From Macrostomum lignano (taxonomy: Eukaryota): a stretch of DNA of 44,651 bases. Made by a program: the position numbers and the translations under genes. Below, in pieces: positions 1 to 11,826 of this stretch (the first letter of the stretch is position 1; each line of letters begins with the position of its first letter). Where the stretch lies: NCBI GenBank assembly GCA_002269645.1, contig NIVC01000784.1, forward strand, positions 54,920-99,570, given 5' to 3'. A model generated the notes under the pieces. The model worked only from the letters and a program-made list of their open reading frames with translations. It made no database searches and had not been told where the DNA came from.

Positions 1-1135
1 AAAGTCAGAAGAAAATGAAATAGATCTTAGAGAATATACCTCATGTATACTGCCATGATCCTCTAATCTTAAAAACAACAAGACTAGAAGAGATTTACAT
101 GCAATATATATAATACTAGTAACAGTTACATACATTATTGCTTAGGCCTACTAAGAATGCTACCAATACAGAAAAAGAATACTAACAATATAAATATAAA
201 ATAAGTATGCCACCAGCAAGTAAGAAGTAAGAAAATATTGTGACAATATCCAGATATTTATTCAGACTTTTACTTAGATTGATTCTGAGATCAATATAAA
301 GACTTATTACTTAGATCTATTCTAAGAGTTACAACTTGATGACAATATTTGTGGTATTAGAAGTGGAATTTCATAGGATAGGACAAAGAGCCCTATGATA
401 TATAAATAAGTCGAATTTTTGTTGTGTAAAAATAATGTTGTACTAGAAAAGTGCAATGCAAATAATGCTTTCTTATGTTTCAATCATGTTTCTATGATTT
501 TTAAATTGACAAGTATTTTGAAAATGTTATCATTGGTATTATTATTATTGTTGCTTACTACTATTGTTTGCAAATTATGGCACTAAAGCAATTATTGTAT
601 TTAAAATATTGTTGCTTTATTGTTGGCATGTAATAATTTTGTAAACAACTATTATCTATTTTGTTTTGTTTCACTCTTAGCCAGCTAGCACTTGAATAAA
701 GAGGAAATGATATTTGTATCATGTTCCCTTTTTATGAAACTTTTTAGCCGCATATTAGGAAACTTTCAGATTGGCAAAGTACTTTATTAAAGCTTGCAAC
801 GAAGTATGATATAATGGTTGCCTGTTAGATAGACTTTTCAATCCTATTATTAATATTAGCATCCCATGGTGTATGGCTCAAGTGTTTATAGCAGAAAAGA
901 GGATAGCTTTGTTTGGCACACAAAGGACTGTCTACCACAAATTGACCTTTAGCCACAATAAATATTGCTACTCATTTTAGCTTATCTATGCAAATTAGGC
1001 TGTAAAATGTTGGATATTGTAATAAAACTATAATAATAAGTATTTAAATTTAACTTTTCAAGACACAAATAGTATTCTTTTGGTAAATGCATGATTAATT
1101 TTCTAACAAAAAACAAGTAATACTAGACTAACAAT

Positions 1136-4100
1136 ATGGCTGGAGCTTGTGATAGAACTGAACCAGTGTTTAGCATGGGTGCCGGAACCCTCTCCGTGCC
1201 TATGACTCTGCATGCCCAAAATCGACGTAGACTGTGCGAGCGGCTTCGTACCGACGCAGCTGCCGCCGCCGCCCCAGGCATTGTGCTGCTTCAAGGCGAA
1301 ACTGAACTGCCTAGAAATGGCACCGATGTTACTTATAATTTCCATCAGGATTCGTTTTTTCATTGGGCATTCGGAGTGCTGGAACCAGACTGTTATGGCG
1401 CCATTGATGTGGCCACTGGTCGTAGCTACATATTCATGCCCCGGCTGCCTGATGAATATGCTATCTGGATGGGCAGGCTGCAGACGACTGAAGATTTTCG
1501 GCGAAAGTACGCCGTTGATGAGGTGAGAATTAATTAGCGATTAGAGATCTGCTTGGAGTCTGGGACTGCAATCAGGTTTTACTTACCCTTCTATCTACCC
1601 CTCTCACTTCTGTTTCTTGTTTCTTTCATTCTTCTCCATGGATACTGATAAAAGTATTTTTTTATTGAAAGTGAAATTCTGTTGCAGTTGCCAAGGCATT
1701 TCTAACAGGCCCATATTCTGCATCGATTTGAGATATAGACAAAACTTTCATCATCCGACTCTAACCGACATTCTACTCGTATGTGTGGAAGCGAGCCAAG
1801 AACAAGGACCACTAGAAGAAGAAAGACGGGACACTTTGTTTCTTGGAAAATTTATTAAAGGCTGATTTTCACGGAAAAATGCACTAGCGAGATAGAAACT
1901 TTTCACTTTAAAATGGTGATAGCTTTTTATTGGAAGCAGATACAAAGCTCTTCTTTTGATATAACTTACAAAACATGTTGCGTTGCTTTAAAAAAACAGT
2001 GTTTTTTAGGATCTGTAAGGACCCAATTACCCTTTACCTCTCTTCTTTCTGCCCTTTTTCTCCTCTTTCTAATTCTCTATTTAGGCTTACCCTTTTCTCA
2101 TGTAACCTTATCATGTTACCTTTCTCATGTTACAGTCCTCTCCGCTTCTCTTACTGTAACCATTTTCGACTCGTGAGATCTAAGCTACCGTTTATTATTT
2201 GATCAATTTCTCTGCTCTTAGTGGACATCTGGTTTGATTTGGTAGTTCGCCCTAATTATAGTACAATTAAGATTAGAGATTGAAGAATTGAGACAGCAAT
2301 CCAAAGAGATTTATTCTTTCGAAAGATTTAGAACAAACAGAAAACAATACAAGCATGCAATAGGTTTTAATAGGTTTCTAAGTATTAGACACTTATTAAA
2401 CGTGCAAAAGTATTTAATTAGGCATGACCACTGTTAACAGTATTACGTTTCCTTAATCCCATTATTACTTTAAGTTTTCGTAGTCTGACTATTTTAACAA
2501 ACTACGATACCTAAATCCACCCTAAAAACTAAAATTATTCTAACGGAGCCCAGCTTCTCTCTACTAGTAGAGAAACTCCCAAGCTCCCTGTCTATCCCCA
2601 TCGCTAACATTTCCTAAGCCTGAACTACTATTAGTAGGTTAAAAGCATATCTACTCTATTACAATTATTAGAAAATGTCACAAGCATTTATTATTACTGT
2701 TACTCAGGTGCACTACGTAGACGAGATACCCAAAGTGCTGGCCAGCCTAGGCCAGGCCTCCGCGCCTCCAACTCTGCTAACCCTATCCGGCGTGAACTCG
2801 GACAGTCGCCTGCGAACTCGCGAGGCCGCGTTCGATGGTATTGGCGAATTCCCAGTCGATCGGGAACGCCTCTACGAAGCCATCTGCGAGTGTAGAGTGA
2901 TTAAAACTGACTTAGAATTGGAGGTGCTGCGCTATTCGAATCGGGTCAGTAGCGAAGCTCATCGTCGCGTAATGCGAGCGGTTCGACCCGGCTGGCGGGA
3001 GTACCAGGCCGAGTCGACATTTCAACACTACTGCTATCACACTGGCGGCATGAGGCACGTGGCTTACACCTGCATTGGCGCTTCCGGCTGCAACTGCGCC
3101 GTGCTGCACTATGGCCACGCTGGAGCGCCAAATGAACGGCTTATTAACAATGGCGATATGTGCCTGTTTGATATGGGCGGCGAGTACTATGGCTATGCCA
3201 GCGATATCACCTGTAGCTTCCCGGTGAATGGCAAGTTCACGCCTAATCAACGGCTGGTATACGAGGTAAGAACGGGTTTTACAAGAGTTCAGCAAGACAC
3301 TTCACTCTGCATTGCTTCAGTTCACCCAGCTGTAAAATGGGTGCCAGCATTAGCTGGGGTAATTGAGGGTGTGTGGCGACCCCCCAGTCCTTGGACTGAA
3401 CAGCCGTACGCAGCCTTCAGGCGCGCCGCGCAATAGCTGCGGCTGAGCTGTCGGTTGCACATCTGGCACAATGTGGGAGGTTTAATCAATTATTATTATT
3501 ATTACTATTAATACTACTATATGAATTGTCTGTAGAATGTAAATATGTGGTCTGCATATTTCTTCAACATCTGTGAGTAAGAAAGGCTTAATAATGTAAA
3601 GGATAGGGTAGAGATTTGTTTCAAGAGTTTAGACCTAGGATGCTAAATATCACAGTGATTTTTGCGTATCAGCAATCAAGGACGATCTAAGTAGGAGATG
3701 CGTAAAATCGTTTTTTAGAATATTTTACAGATTTTTTCATTGAAACCAGATTGTAAGCTCATCGATTTGCATGACATGTCTGTCATTGCAATCCATCATT
3801 AGTTTCTGCAAACCTTTGTTTTTAGAAACTAAAAAAGGATCTAACTATTTTTTTATTACGTAAGCTTAAATAAATGTAATCAACAAAAATAGTTAAGAGT
3901 AAACATATTCTTTAAATTACCTAATATTTACCCCGAGATTCTAAACGATGCAACAGTCAGAGCTGCTATGCTATGTCGCCTCTTAATTTGCGTTTTTGCT
4001 CCCCCCTTTGTAAACTAACTTAACTGATAATTTAAATTAACTTACTCAAGCCTTGGATTCAGAACTGAAAGATAAAAAATCATTTGTGTATGTATGCGCA

Positions 4101-7100
4101 CCGCTGATAGCATAGCGCGCCCTTGCTTTACTATGTATAGCTTCAGAGCTATAGAAAAAGCAAAACTATTCTCACACAACGCTAACTTGGTTAACTTACA
4201 TGCATTGTCAACATTCAAGCATAGCTGTGTAGTGGCGCCATTGTGTTTCCCTGACAGTTTGGTAGCAGTAAATCTTGCCTATAGGGCCGTGAGAAAATTA
4301 GGAATAGGAAAAAACTGAAGAATGGAGTAATCGGTTTCCCTGCTGCTCAACCTGAACTATTTTTGTGTAAAGCTATTTTGCTCATTAACCTGCTGATGAC
4401 AGTCTTGAAAGGTTGACTACATTTGTTACTTGTCACCTTTGTTTGAGTTTGCAAAAGTCGGCCTAGAGACAGGCAATGCGTCATTGAAAATCTTTCATCG
4501 AGTTTTTTTCTCTTGAGGCTGACAGAATCGTAGCTACAGCATACAGAAGCAGGTGCGCAAAATCTCACAGATGTTTTTGCAAAAGAAATCCCCTCCGCTT
4601 CAGAAAAGCGTCGTCTTTGCAAACTGTCAATTTCTCGTAAAAAAAAGAGGGAAGACAAAAGCTTTTTGTCAGCACGCTATTGTTTCTATGGTGCGGCGGT
4701 CCAGGTTCGATGTCTATATATTGTCAACGGTAATGAGACGGTTAGAGATGAAAAAATAAGAGCCTTTATTCTTATAGCTAAGCATTTCAAGCTACGCCAT
4801 ATCGAAACTTCTAAGCTGAGAATAAATCCTATTTATTGAAACCTTGTCGTCCGATCCTCTGCGGCTAACCAGAAATGTGCTTGTCAGTTTTCGTTCTGTT
4901 AGCGCAGTCAGATGCGTCTTTCTTGAAACTTGCAACGATGTTCAATCATGCAAAGATGGCAATTTTTGAATGCTTTTTTTCAGACTAGTTGCCAGCCTCA
5001 TCTGCGTGTCCGTATTGACACCAGTATTGATAGTTGTTGCTAGTGCTTGTGACAGCGTATTGAAAGTGAAATTTCACGAAACAATCGGAGTAGATTGTGT
5101 GCATTCTAACTTCACAAGGATTGTGTGGGGCTCCTGCGATCCGGCGGCTTGCAGTTTTCACTGCGCTAAGCTGCACAACTGCCAGGCCTTCACGCTGTAT
5201 CGTGATAGTAGCACCTGTCTGTGCAAGCTGTTCCTGTTTGATAGGTGCAGTCACCGTGTGCAGTCTGAGACCAACTGCTCACGCCAAGTGGCTGTGTACG
5301 TGAGGTCTCTACCCAACATGCCACTCGGTCGCTTGTGCCCACCCGGATACAAGTTCACTCGATTTGGCACCGCCTATAAAGTTTTACCGATTGAAGCGAA
5401 TAGTTGGACTGAGGCGAAATTGAATTGTGAACAAGATGGCGAACTGGCTAAATTTGCTGACATTTTTTATGTTGATGAAGCTGAATACTTAAGGTCGATA
5501 CTAAACTTAGCGAACCACTCGTCGGATCGTTATTACGTCGGTGACTACCAATTGTCTACCTACACCAGTGTCACTGATGGGTGGATCTGGAGCGCCTGCA
5601 ATGTGAGCTTTCAATCCGAGGTTTGGAAGTCAGACAGGCCAGAAGAAGGCCTTACTGAGGATAAAGGCTGCGTTCAAATGTCTTCGTCGTCAGATATTGG
5701 TGTTGACGATACAGCCTGCAACAGAAGAAAGCGATTTATCTGCGAGTGTCAGAGCGTTTTCTAAGACGGCTTTAAAACATTTTCAATACTGAAAATTGAT
5801 ATTTAAAATACAACTCACTGCTGATAAAAGAAGTCAAACAATTAAGATTTGTTTAAATATATTTAGAAAGAAGTCGTGAAAACTTAAAGGCATAAGTTTC
5901 TGGACATGATTTATGAATATCGAATTTTTATTGTTTGTCCAATTGTGTGGCAAAAATCGGGTCATTTTTGGAAGCAAGACCTTATAATAATAATAATTGA
6001 TTACACCAGCCCTAATGGGAAGAAGATGTGCAACCGACAGCTCAGCCGCAGCGAATCTGAAGGCTGCGTACGGCTGTTCAGTCCAAGGACTTAAAGGTCG
6101 CCACACGCACCCTCAATTACCCCAGCTAATGCTGGCACCCATTTTACAGCTGGGTGAACTGCTTACTGCTCAAAGACAAAAATGATTCCGAATTGGTCGT
6201 TAATCGGGAATCGAACCCCCGACCTCTCAGTCGCCAGCCTGACGCTCTAATCTAACTACAACACCCTTACATTAAGTACAAAATACGCATAAATACTGAA
6301 TTATAAATCTACTTGTTTCTTTTACTTTATGAAGCTACTGCAGAGCTTAGGATTTTTTAACTCAATTTTTCTCTCGTTACCCCCAGGCCGTGCTGGACGC
6401 TAATCGAGCCGTTTTAGCGGCTTTCCGACCCGGCGCCTCTTGGCCAGATCTGCATCTGTTGTCCTTGCGCATCATTCTACGCCATCTAATTGAAATGGGC
6501 ATCTTGAAAGGCGATCTGGACGAGATGATGGCCGTCAAATTGGGCGCCGTGTTTATGCCGCACGGGCTCGGCCATCTGATGGGGCTGGATGTTCACGATG
6601 TGGGCGGCTATCCGAACGGCGGCTCAAGATCGACGGATCCGAATTTAAGGTCGCTGAGAACTTTACGCACCCTAGAGGCCGGAATGGTGCTGACGATTGA
6701 GCCGGGACTCTACTTTCAGGTACGTCTGATTAGCGCTCAGTCTTGAAATGTAAAGCTTTCATACATTCATACCTACTTTCATACCTATAGTTAAAAGCTG
6801 CACTGATCCTTGAATCTAGATAGCTCATGGAAGTTGTACTAAGTTGAAGCTCACTCTTTACATCAAGGACCAGATAAAAAATCCATCTCATGGCTGCGGG
6901 GCCAAATGAGATTGGAAAATAGATGGAATAGATAAGCTATGAGAGAAGTGATGAGAGGCGAGAGATGGGATGAGAAAAATATCGAAAAGAGGAGAGAAGA
7001 GGGGAGAAAGTGGAGAGGGAAGGAAAGAGAGGAGATAGAGTAGAGAGGAGAGGAGGAAAAGGAGAGGGAAGAGGAGGAAAAGGAGAGGGAAGAGGAGAGG

Positions 7101-8272
7101 AGAGCGAGAGAGAAAAGAGAGGAGAAAGAGAAAAAAGAGAAGAGAGAAAAGAGAAAGGAGAGAGAAGAGAGGAGAGCTAGAGACGAGAAAAAGAGAGTAG
7201 AGAGAGTAGAGAAGTGGCGAGAAAGAGGAGGAGAGAGAGGCGAGGAGAGAGAAGACAGGAAAGCAGAAAGACGAGAAAAGAGAGAGGGGAGCGAGAGAGT
7301 AGATGAGAGGCGAGAGAGGGGAGAAAAGAGAGGAGAGGAGATAAGGGGAGAGAGGATAGGAAAGGAGAGAAAGAAGAGGAGAGGAGAAAAGAGAGAAAAA
7401 GGAGGGAGATGGGAGAGAACAGAGGGAAAGGAGGGAGAGGAGATAGAAGAGAGGAAAAGGAGGGAGAAGGGAGAGAAGAGAGGGAAAGGAGGGAGAGGGG
7501 AGAGAAGAGAGGGAAAGGAGGGAGAGGGGAGAGAAGAGAGGGAAAGGAGGGAGAAGGGAAAGAAGAGAGGGAAAGGAGGGAGGGGAGAGAAGAGAGGGAA
7601 AGGAGGGAGAGGGGAGAGAAGAGAGGGAAAGGAGGGAGAGGGGAGAGAAGAGAGGGAAAGGAGGGAGAAGGGAAAGAAGAGAGGGAAAGGAGGGAGAGGA
7701 GAGAAGAGAGGGAAAGGAGGGAGAAGGGAAAGAAGAGAGGGAAAGGAGGGAGAGGAGAGAAGAGAGGGAAAGGAGGGAGAGGGGAGAGAAGAGAGAGAGC
7801 TGAAAAGAGACAGAAAATGTTGTGTAGTTTTAAAGGACCCGGGCGCTGAATTAAAAAGGCTTTGTAAGCCGCATTCGGCCTGTGAGCCGGAGTGACCCCT
7901 ACTCTAGAAATCCCTAGATTTTTTAATTCGTGATGCCAAAGTTCAAAGCTCTTGAAATTCTAGATCCAGCTTACAATTGACCTTTTTAATTATTTACATA
8001 CATTTATTATAATTAATTGTCAACGCCATGCCTCGCTAAACCCTCAGGACGCCCTGCTCGACCGAGCCCTGGCCAATCCCGAGCAGGCTCGATTCTTCAA
8101 TGTCGATCGACTGGCTGAATTCCGCGGCACCGGCGGCGTCCGAATCGAAGACGACGTTGTGGTCACGGCCGACGGCGCCGAACTGATGACCGACGTGCCT
8201 CGAACCGTTGACGAAATCGAAGCTTTCATGGCCGGCCGGGAGGCTGATTCCGCTGGCAAGCCGGCGCCTTAG
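1136..8272 (+). CDS. PEPD: Xaa-Pro dipeptidase (prolidase), M24B family; exons 1136-1522, 2708-3265, 6387-6719, 8048-8272 (about 500 aa)
   Basis: All three introns are GT-AG and phase 0, and the exons join into one frame. Motifs match prolidase: [39 protein letters not shown] (metal-ligand Asp residues), [24 protein letters not shown] and [12 protein letters not shown]. Stop TAG at 8270-8272. Confidence 0.96.
3293..3520 (+). mobile_element. SINE copy, 5'-truncated (CORE-like domain, 3' body, (TTA)n tail), in PEPD intron 2
   Basis: Near-identical to 35090-35309 (CTCTGCATTGCTTCAGTTCACCCAGCTGTAAAATGGGTGCCAGCATTAGCTGGGGTAATTGAGG ... AATCAAT(TAT)n); no tRNA head. Confidence 0.85.
4970..5764 (+). 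CDS. Intronless secreted PAN/Apple + C-type lectin domain protein (264 aa), nested in PEPD intron 2
   Basis: ATG-to-TAA ORF with a hydrophobic signal peptide ([26 protein letters not shown]). PAN-like C-x3-C-x5-C pattern ([22 protein letters not shown]). C-type lectin signature: [37 protein letters not shown]. Confidence 0.82.
   Translation: MLFFRLVASLICVSVLTPVLIVVASACDSVLKVKFHETIGVDCVHSNFTRIVWGSCDPAACSFHCAKLHNCQAFTLYRDSSTCLCKLFLFDRCSHRVQSETNCSRQVAVYVRSLPNMPLGRLCPPGYKFTRFGTAYKVLPIEANSWTEAKLNCEQDGELAKFADIFYVDEAEYLRSILNLANHSSDRYYVGDYQLSTYTSVTDGWIWSACNVSFQSEVWKSDRPEEGLTEDKGCVQMSSSSDIGVDDTACNRRKRFICECQSVF
5983..6267 (-). mobile_element. SINE copy with degenerate tRNA head and replaced central segment, in PEPD intron 2
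   Basis: Reverse complement of the SINE 3' body and tail (5983-6160), plus a B-box GGTTCGATTCC and a degenerate A-box on the minus strand (6205-6267). Confidence 0.85.
6945..7810. repeat. Polypurine (GA-rich) tract with 27-33 bp periodicity in PEPD intron 3
   Basis: About 860 bp almost entirely A/G; units like GAGAAGAGAGGGAAAGGAGGGAGAGGG in 7410-7790. Confidence 0.95.
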
Positions 8273-11200
8273 AGTCCTGGGCTGCATCTGAGATTGAACT
8301 GGACTTTTAACTGGATATATTATGCATATGCACTATATTTATCCTTATAATTCGTTGTCATTAAAATCATAAATCAATTGGCATGATTGACTTATCTTGT
8401 TGTGCTTTACTTATTGATCTTGTTGATTCTCTGATCGCAATTCACTATTTTCCCTTAAAAATCGGCACTATTAAATTTGTTAAAACTCAGCTTTTGTTAA
8501 AATTTAAATTTAATTTGAATATTTACTTCCCGGTTTTAGTGAGCTAAAAACAGAATTCATTTTCTAATCGATTTGTAAACTGACTACTTCATTATACCAT
8601 TTGATTAAATTATTTTGTTTTTTTATTTTGATCCCTAATAAAAATGAACGTTTCACCTTGCAAATGATTTGAAATCTAAAATCAAACTCGATTATCGTCA
8701 TTATTTTCAATAAAAGCTTTCAGAATTATTGTTTTGTTTGCCAATTGATAGTAATCATTTTGCTTAGCAGTTTTTAAATTTTGACTTTTTAACTTAACAT
8801 TGGGTTTCAATAGTAACTTGGTACAGATTTTTTGAAATAATTTTGTAAGTCTTTTTGCAACCAACAATGACGATTTAAGTCGTCATAAGTTCCTATATAA
8901 GCAAATGGAATCATATGCAGATGGTGTCAAGACAGGATTAAGATGAAATACAGACTAATCTATACGACGAAATACATCGTTGTATCTACCGAGGAAATCA
9001 ACAGTTCCGATCATTGAACACTTTATCCATCGACGCAAACAACAGATCCTACTAAGATCCTTCTAAGAATCTTTACTTAAAGTGTACATACAGCTGTAGA
9101 TCACAATATTGGAATAGAAATTTCCACCAAATATGTACCTTTATAGCTACAGAATATGCTGTGTGTCCTTGTGTTATGTACTGTCACATAACGATCGGAC
9201 AGACGATTTTTATATTTTATGATCTCTATTTCAGGTGAACCAATTAATTCAGCGAAATAAAAATGAGCACAAAAACTAGAGAATAAAATTATTTCTTTAA
9301 CGAAATTAGAGTTAGTATAATATCTCTTACTATAATGCCGTTGTAAAAAATAACAAAATAGCTAGGCTACCGATTATCTAAGCTAAAATGAATTCTTTGG
9401 GCAGCAAAAGCTAAAAATATGCATTAGTTTTTAAAATTAAGATGCCTAAAGCAGTCAGGTAAATCAATAGTCAAATCGCAGAAAACATTTGTGTTTGGCA
9501 CCGTTTGCCAAAACATTTCTTGGAAACACCTGACAACTTAGAAAAATGGACTGATTTAGGAATTTTAGGACAGCGTCCAGCGATATTATAGATCCGCTGT
9601 TTTTGGTTATCTGAGTCTATGTCTGTCCTGGCTAGGCGACCTAGGTTTACACTATAGTACATGTATGCTCATTCAATTTAACACACAAATCGATTCAATT
9701 TAAACTAGGCCTACTGTCTACAGATAACAGACAGTTATGAGTTACAACACTTATTTTTTATTATTTTTCGTTTTTGTACTCTTCTTTCTTAACTATTTTC
9801 TATTTTACCTAGTCCTAAAACTACTGCTTAGGTGTTTATCTAGGTTAGGCTTAGCATTTGTTATCAAATATAAAATCCTATGCCAAATCATATAGCTAGG
9901 CCTAGGCTATGGGTTGGCTATGCCTAGGCTATGCTAGGCCTAAGCAGTTTTAAAACTTTTGTGTTACATTATAAGTGTTACATTTTAATTGTAGGCAGAT
10001 CGTATGGTTGGAGTGTGCCATCAATATTCAATATTAATCATACTCAGGATCATATCATTTGTTGGATTTGTGCTAGTGTATATGGAAATGGATCATGTAT
10101 GTGTTGTGTACACCAGACCAAATTTGGACGTCAAGAACTTTGTATACCAATGTACGCCAAAAACAAAATGTTGTGCTAAAATGTACACCAAAAATTCCTA
10201 AAAAAGGTAATAAAATTTTCATAAGTTTTCTAAGAAAGGCTTTTGTATGAAAAGTGTTTTTAAAATATTATGAATATTTTAAATTTAAACAAACTTAAAT
10301 TTATACCTACAAAAATATGATGCAAAATGATACTCTTAGCAAAAATTTACACTAATTTTATTCATTGTTAATTTCAAAAGAAGCAAAAATTTTATCACTG
10401 ACAATACAAATTTTCTGTTATTTTATATAAAAATGTTAATTTAGATTACAATTTTCAAGCATGGCATGAATTTATTCACCAAAATTTGTATGCCAAAAAA
10501 GTATGCGTGGCTGTGTTACTTGTGTATGCCAATGGTGAATCCAACAAAGTTTTCCAGGGGTTGTGTAGGCTATGCCGAATGTGTATACCAAAGACTTAGG
10601 GTGGACGTTTTATATGCCGGAACTTTCTGGTGTACATGCATATTATCCGCAACCTCGGATTTGTGCCAGAAATTTCTAGCATACATTTATGATAGCTAGG
10701 GCTAGTGTATAAGGCCTAGATAGGCCTACTTGGTGCCCCAATGGCAGTGCATAGGCATCTAGCGTGGATTAGCCTTGCACAGTGTGGTGAAGTAGCAGGA
10801 GGCAACAGGACTACAGCTAAAAAGTGTAAAGTGCTCCCCTGTCTATTGGGGATATAGTTATTTCATCTGTTGTCAATTTGTCTACTGGCAAAAAATGACT
10901 AGGTAGGAGTGTTGATTGTTTGTTTTAGCAATAAGGTGCATATTTTGTAGTTGAAAACATGATTAGATAATTAATTCATGCATAATTTAGTCACTAATAT
11001 TTAAAGCAAAGTGAAGCAATTTGTTATAGTTTGTTTATATGTTATATAGTTTAATTTAAAATAGGGCCTACATTTCTTACTATGATTTCCTAAATGTTTT
11101 AACTGTGATTTCTAAACATTTTAACTGTGATTTATTTCTAAATGTTTCAACTGTAGTCTCAGTCTATAACTTTTAACTTTAACATTTTAAATTTTTACAT

Positions 11201-11826
11201 ATTAAATTTTTATATTTTATGTCTACTTTTTCTTTTCAATTATGGAAAGTTAGCAAATTTTGATTTCAATAGAAAATGCTCTTTTAAAATATCTCAAATA
11301 ATCCTAAAGCGTGGTAAAATAGTTTGACTCTTTTCTAAAGTGCATGTCTGCAGGTTTTTAATATTTATTCTAATAGGGCTTTTATTGGACAAAACAGCAG
11401 ACAAACCGTCCACCCTAGCATAGACCTCCAGCTAACAAATTGACAGTAGACAAAATTACTTGCAACTAATTCTATTGTGCCACTGTGACACAGTTAGTCT
11501 ATTATAGTAGATTACATATTGAAGTATTCATCAAAAAATTCAGGCATATATTGGTCTTGCACACTAAAAGTTGGCATGCACAGTTTGTATATAGAACTCT
11601 TAAGAAAATAGTATGAGTGTACACCTGGCATGTACTTCATAGAATCATATGGAAGAGTTAGTATTAAATAGAAAAATATCATTTCAAAAAGTTTATTTTT
11701 AAGCCTAAATTTTAAGCTTTCCAATTTATAAGCTCATAACATTTTATTTTGCAACATAGCATTTTGTATAATAGCTTGTAACATCAATTTTCCACTAAAG
11801 ATAGTCTAGGCAAGAAAGAAAAAAAG

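Noticed and set aside
1-1100. AT-rich region upstream of PEPD
   Set aside because: No ORF, repeat or motif distinguishable from background.
4385-4440. Hammerhead-like CTGATGA...GAAA
   Set aside because: Stems I and III and an NUH cleavage site could not be built around the core.
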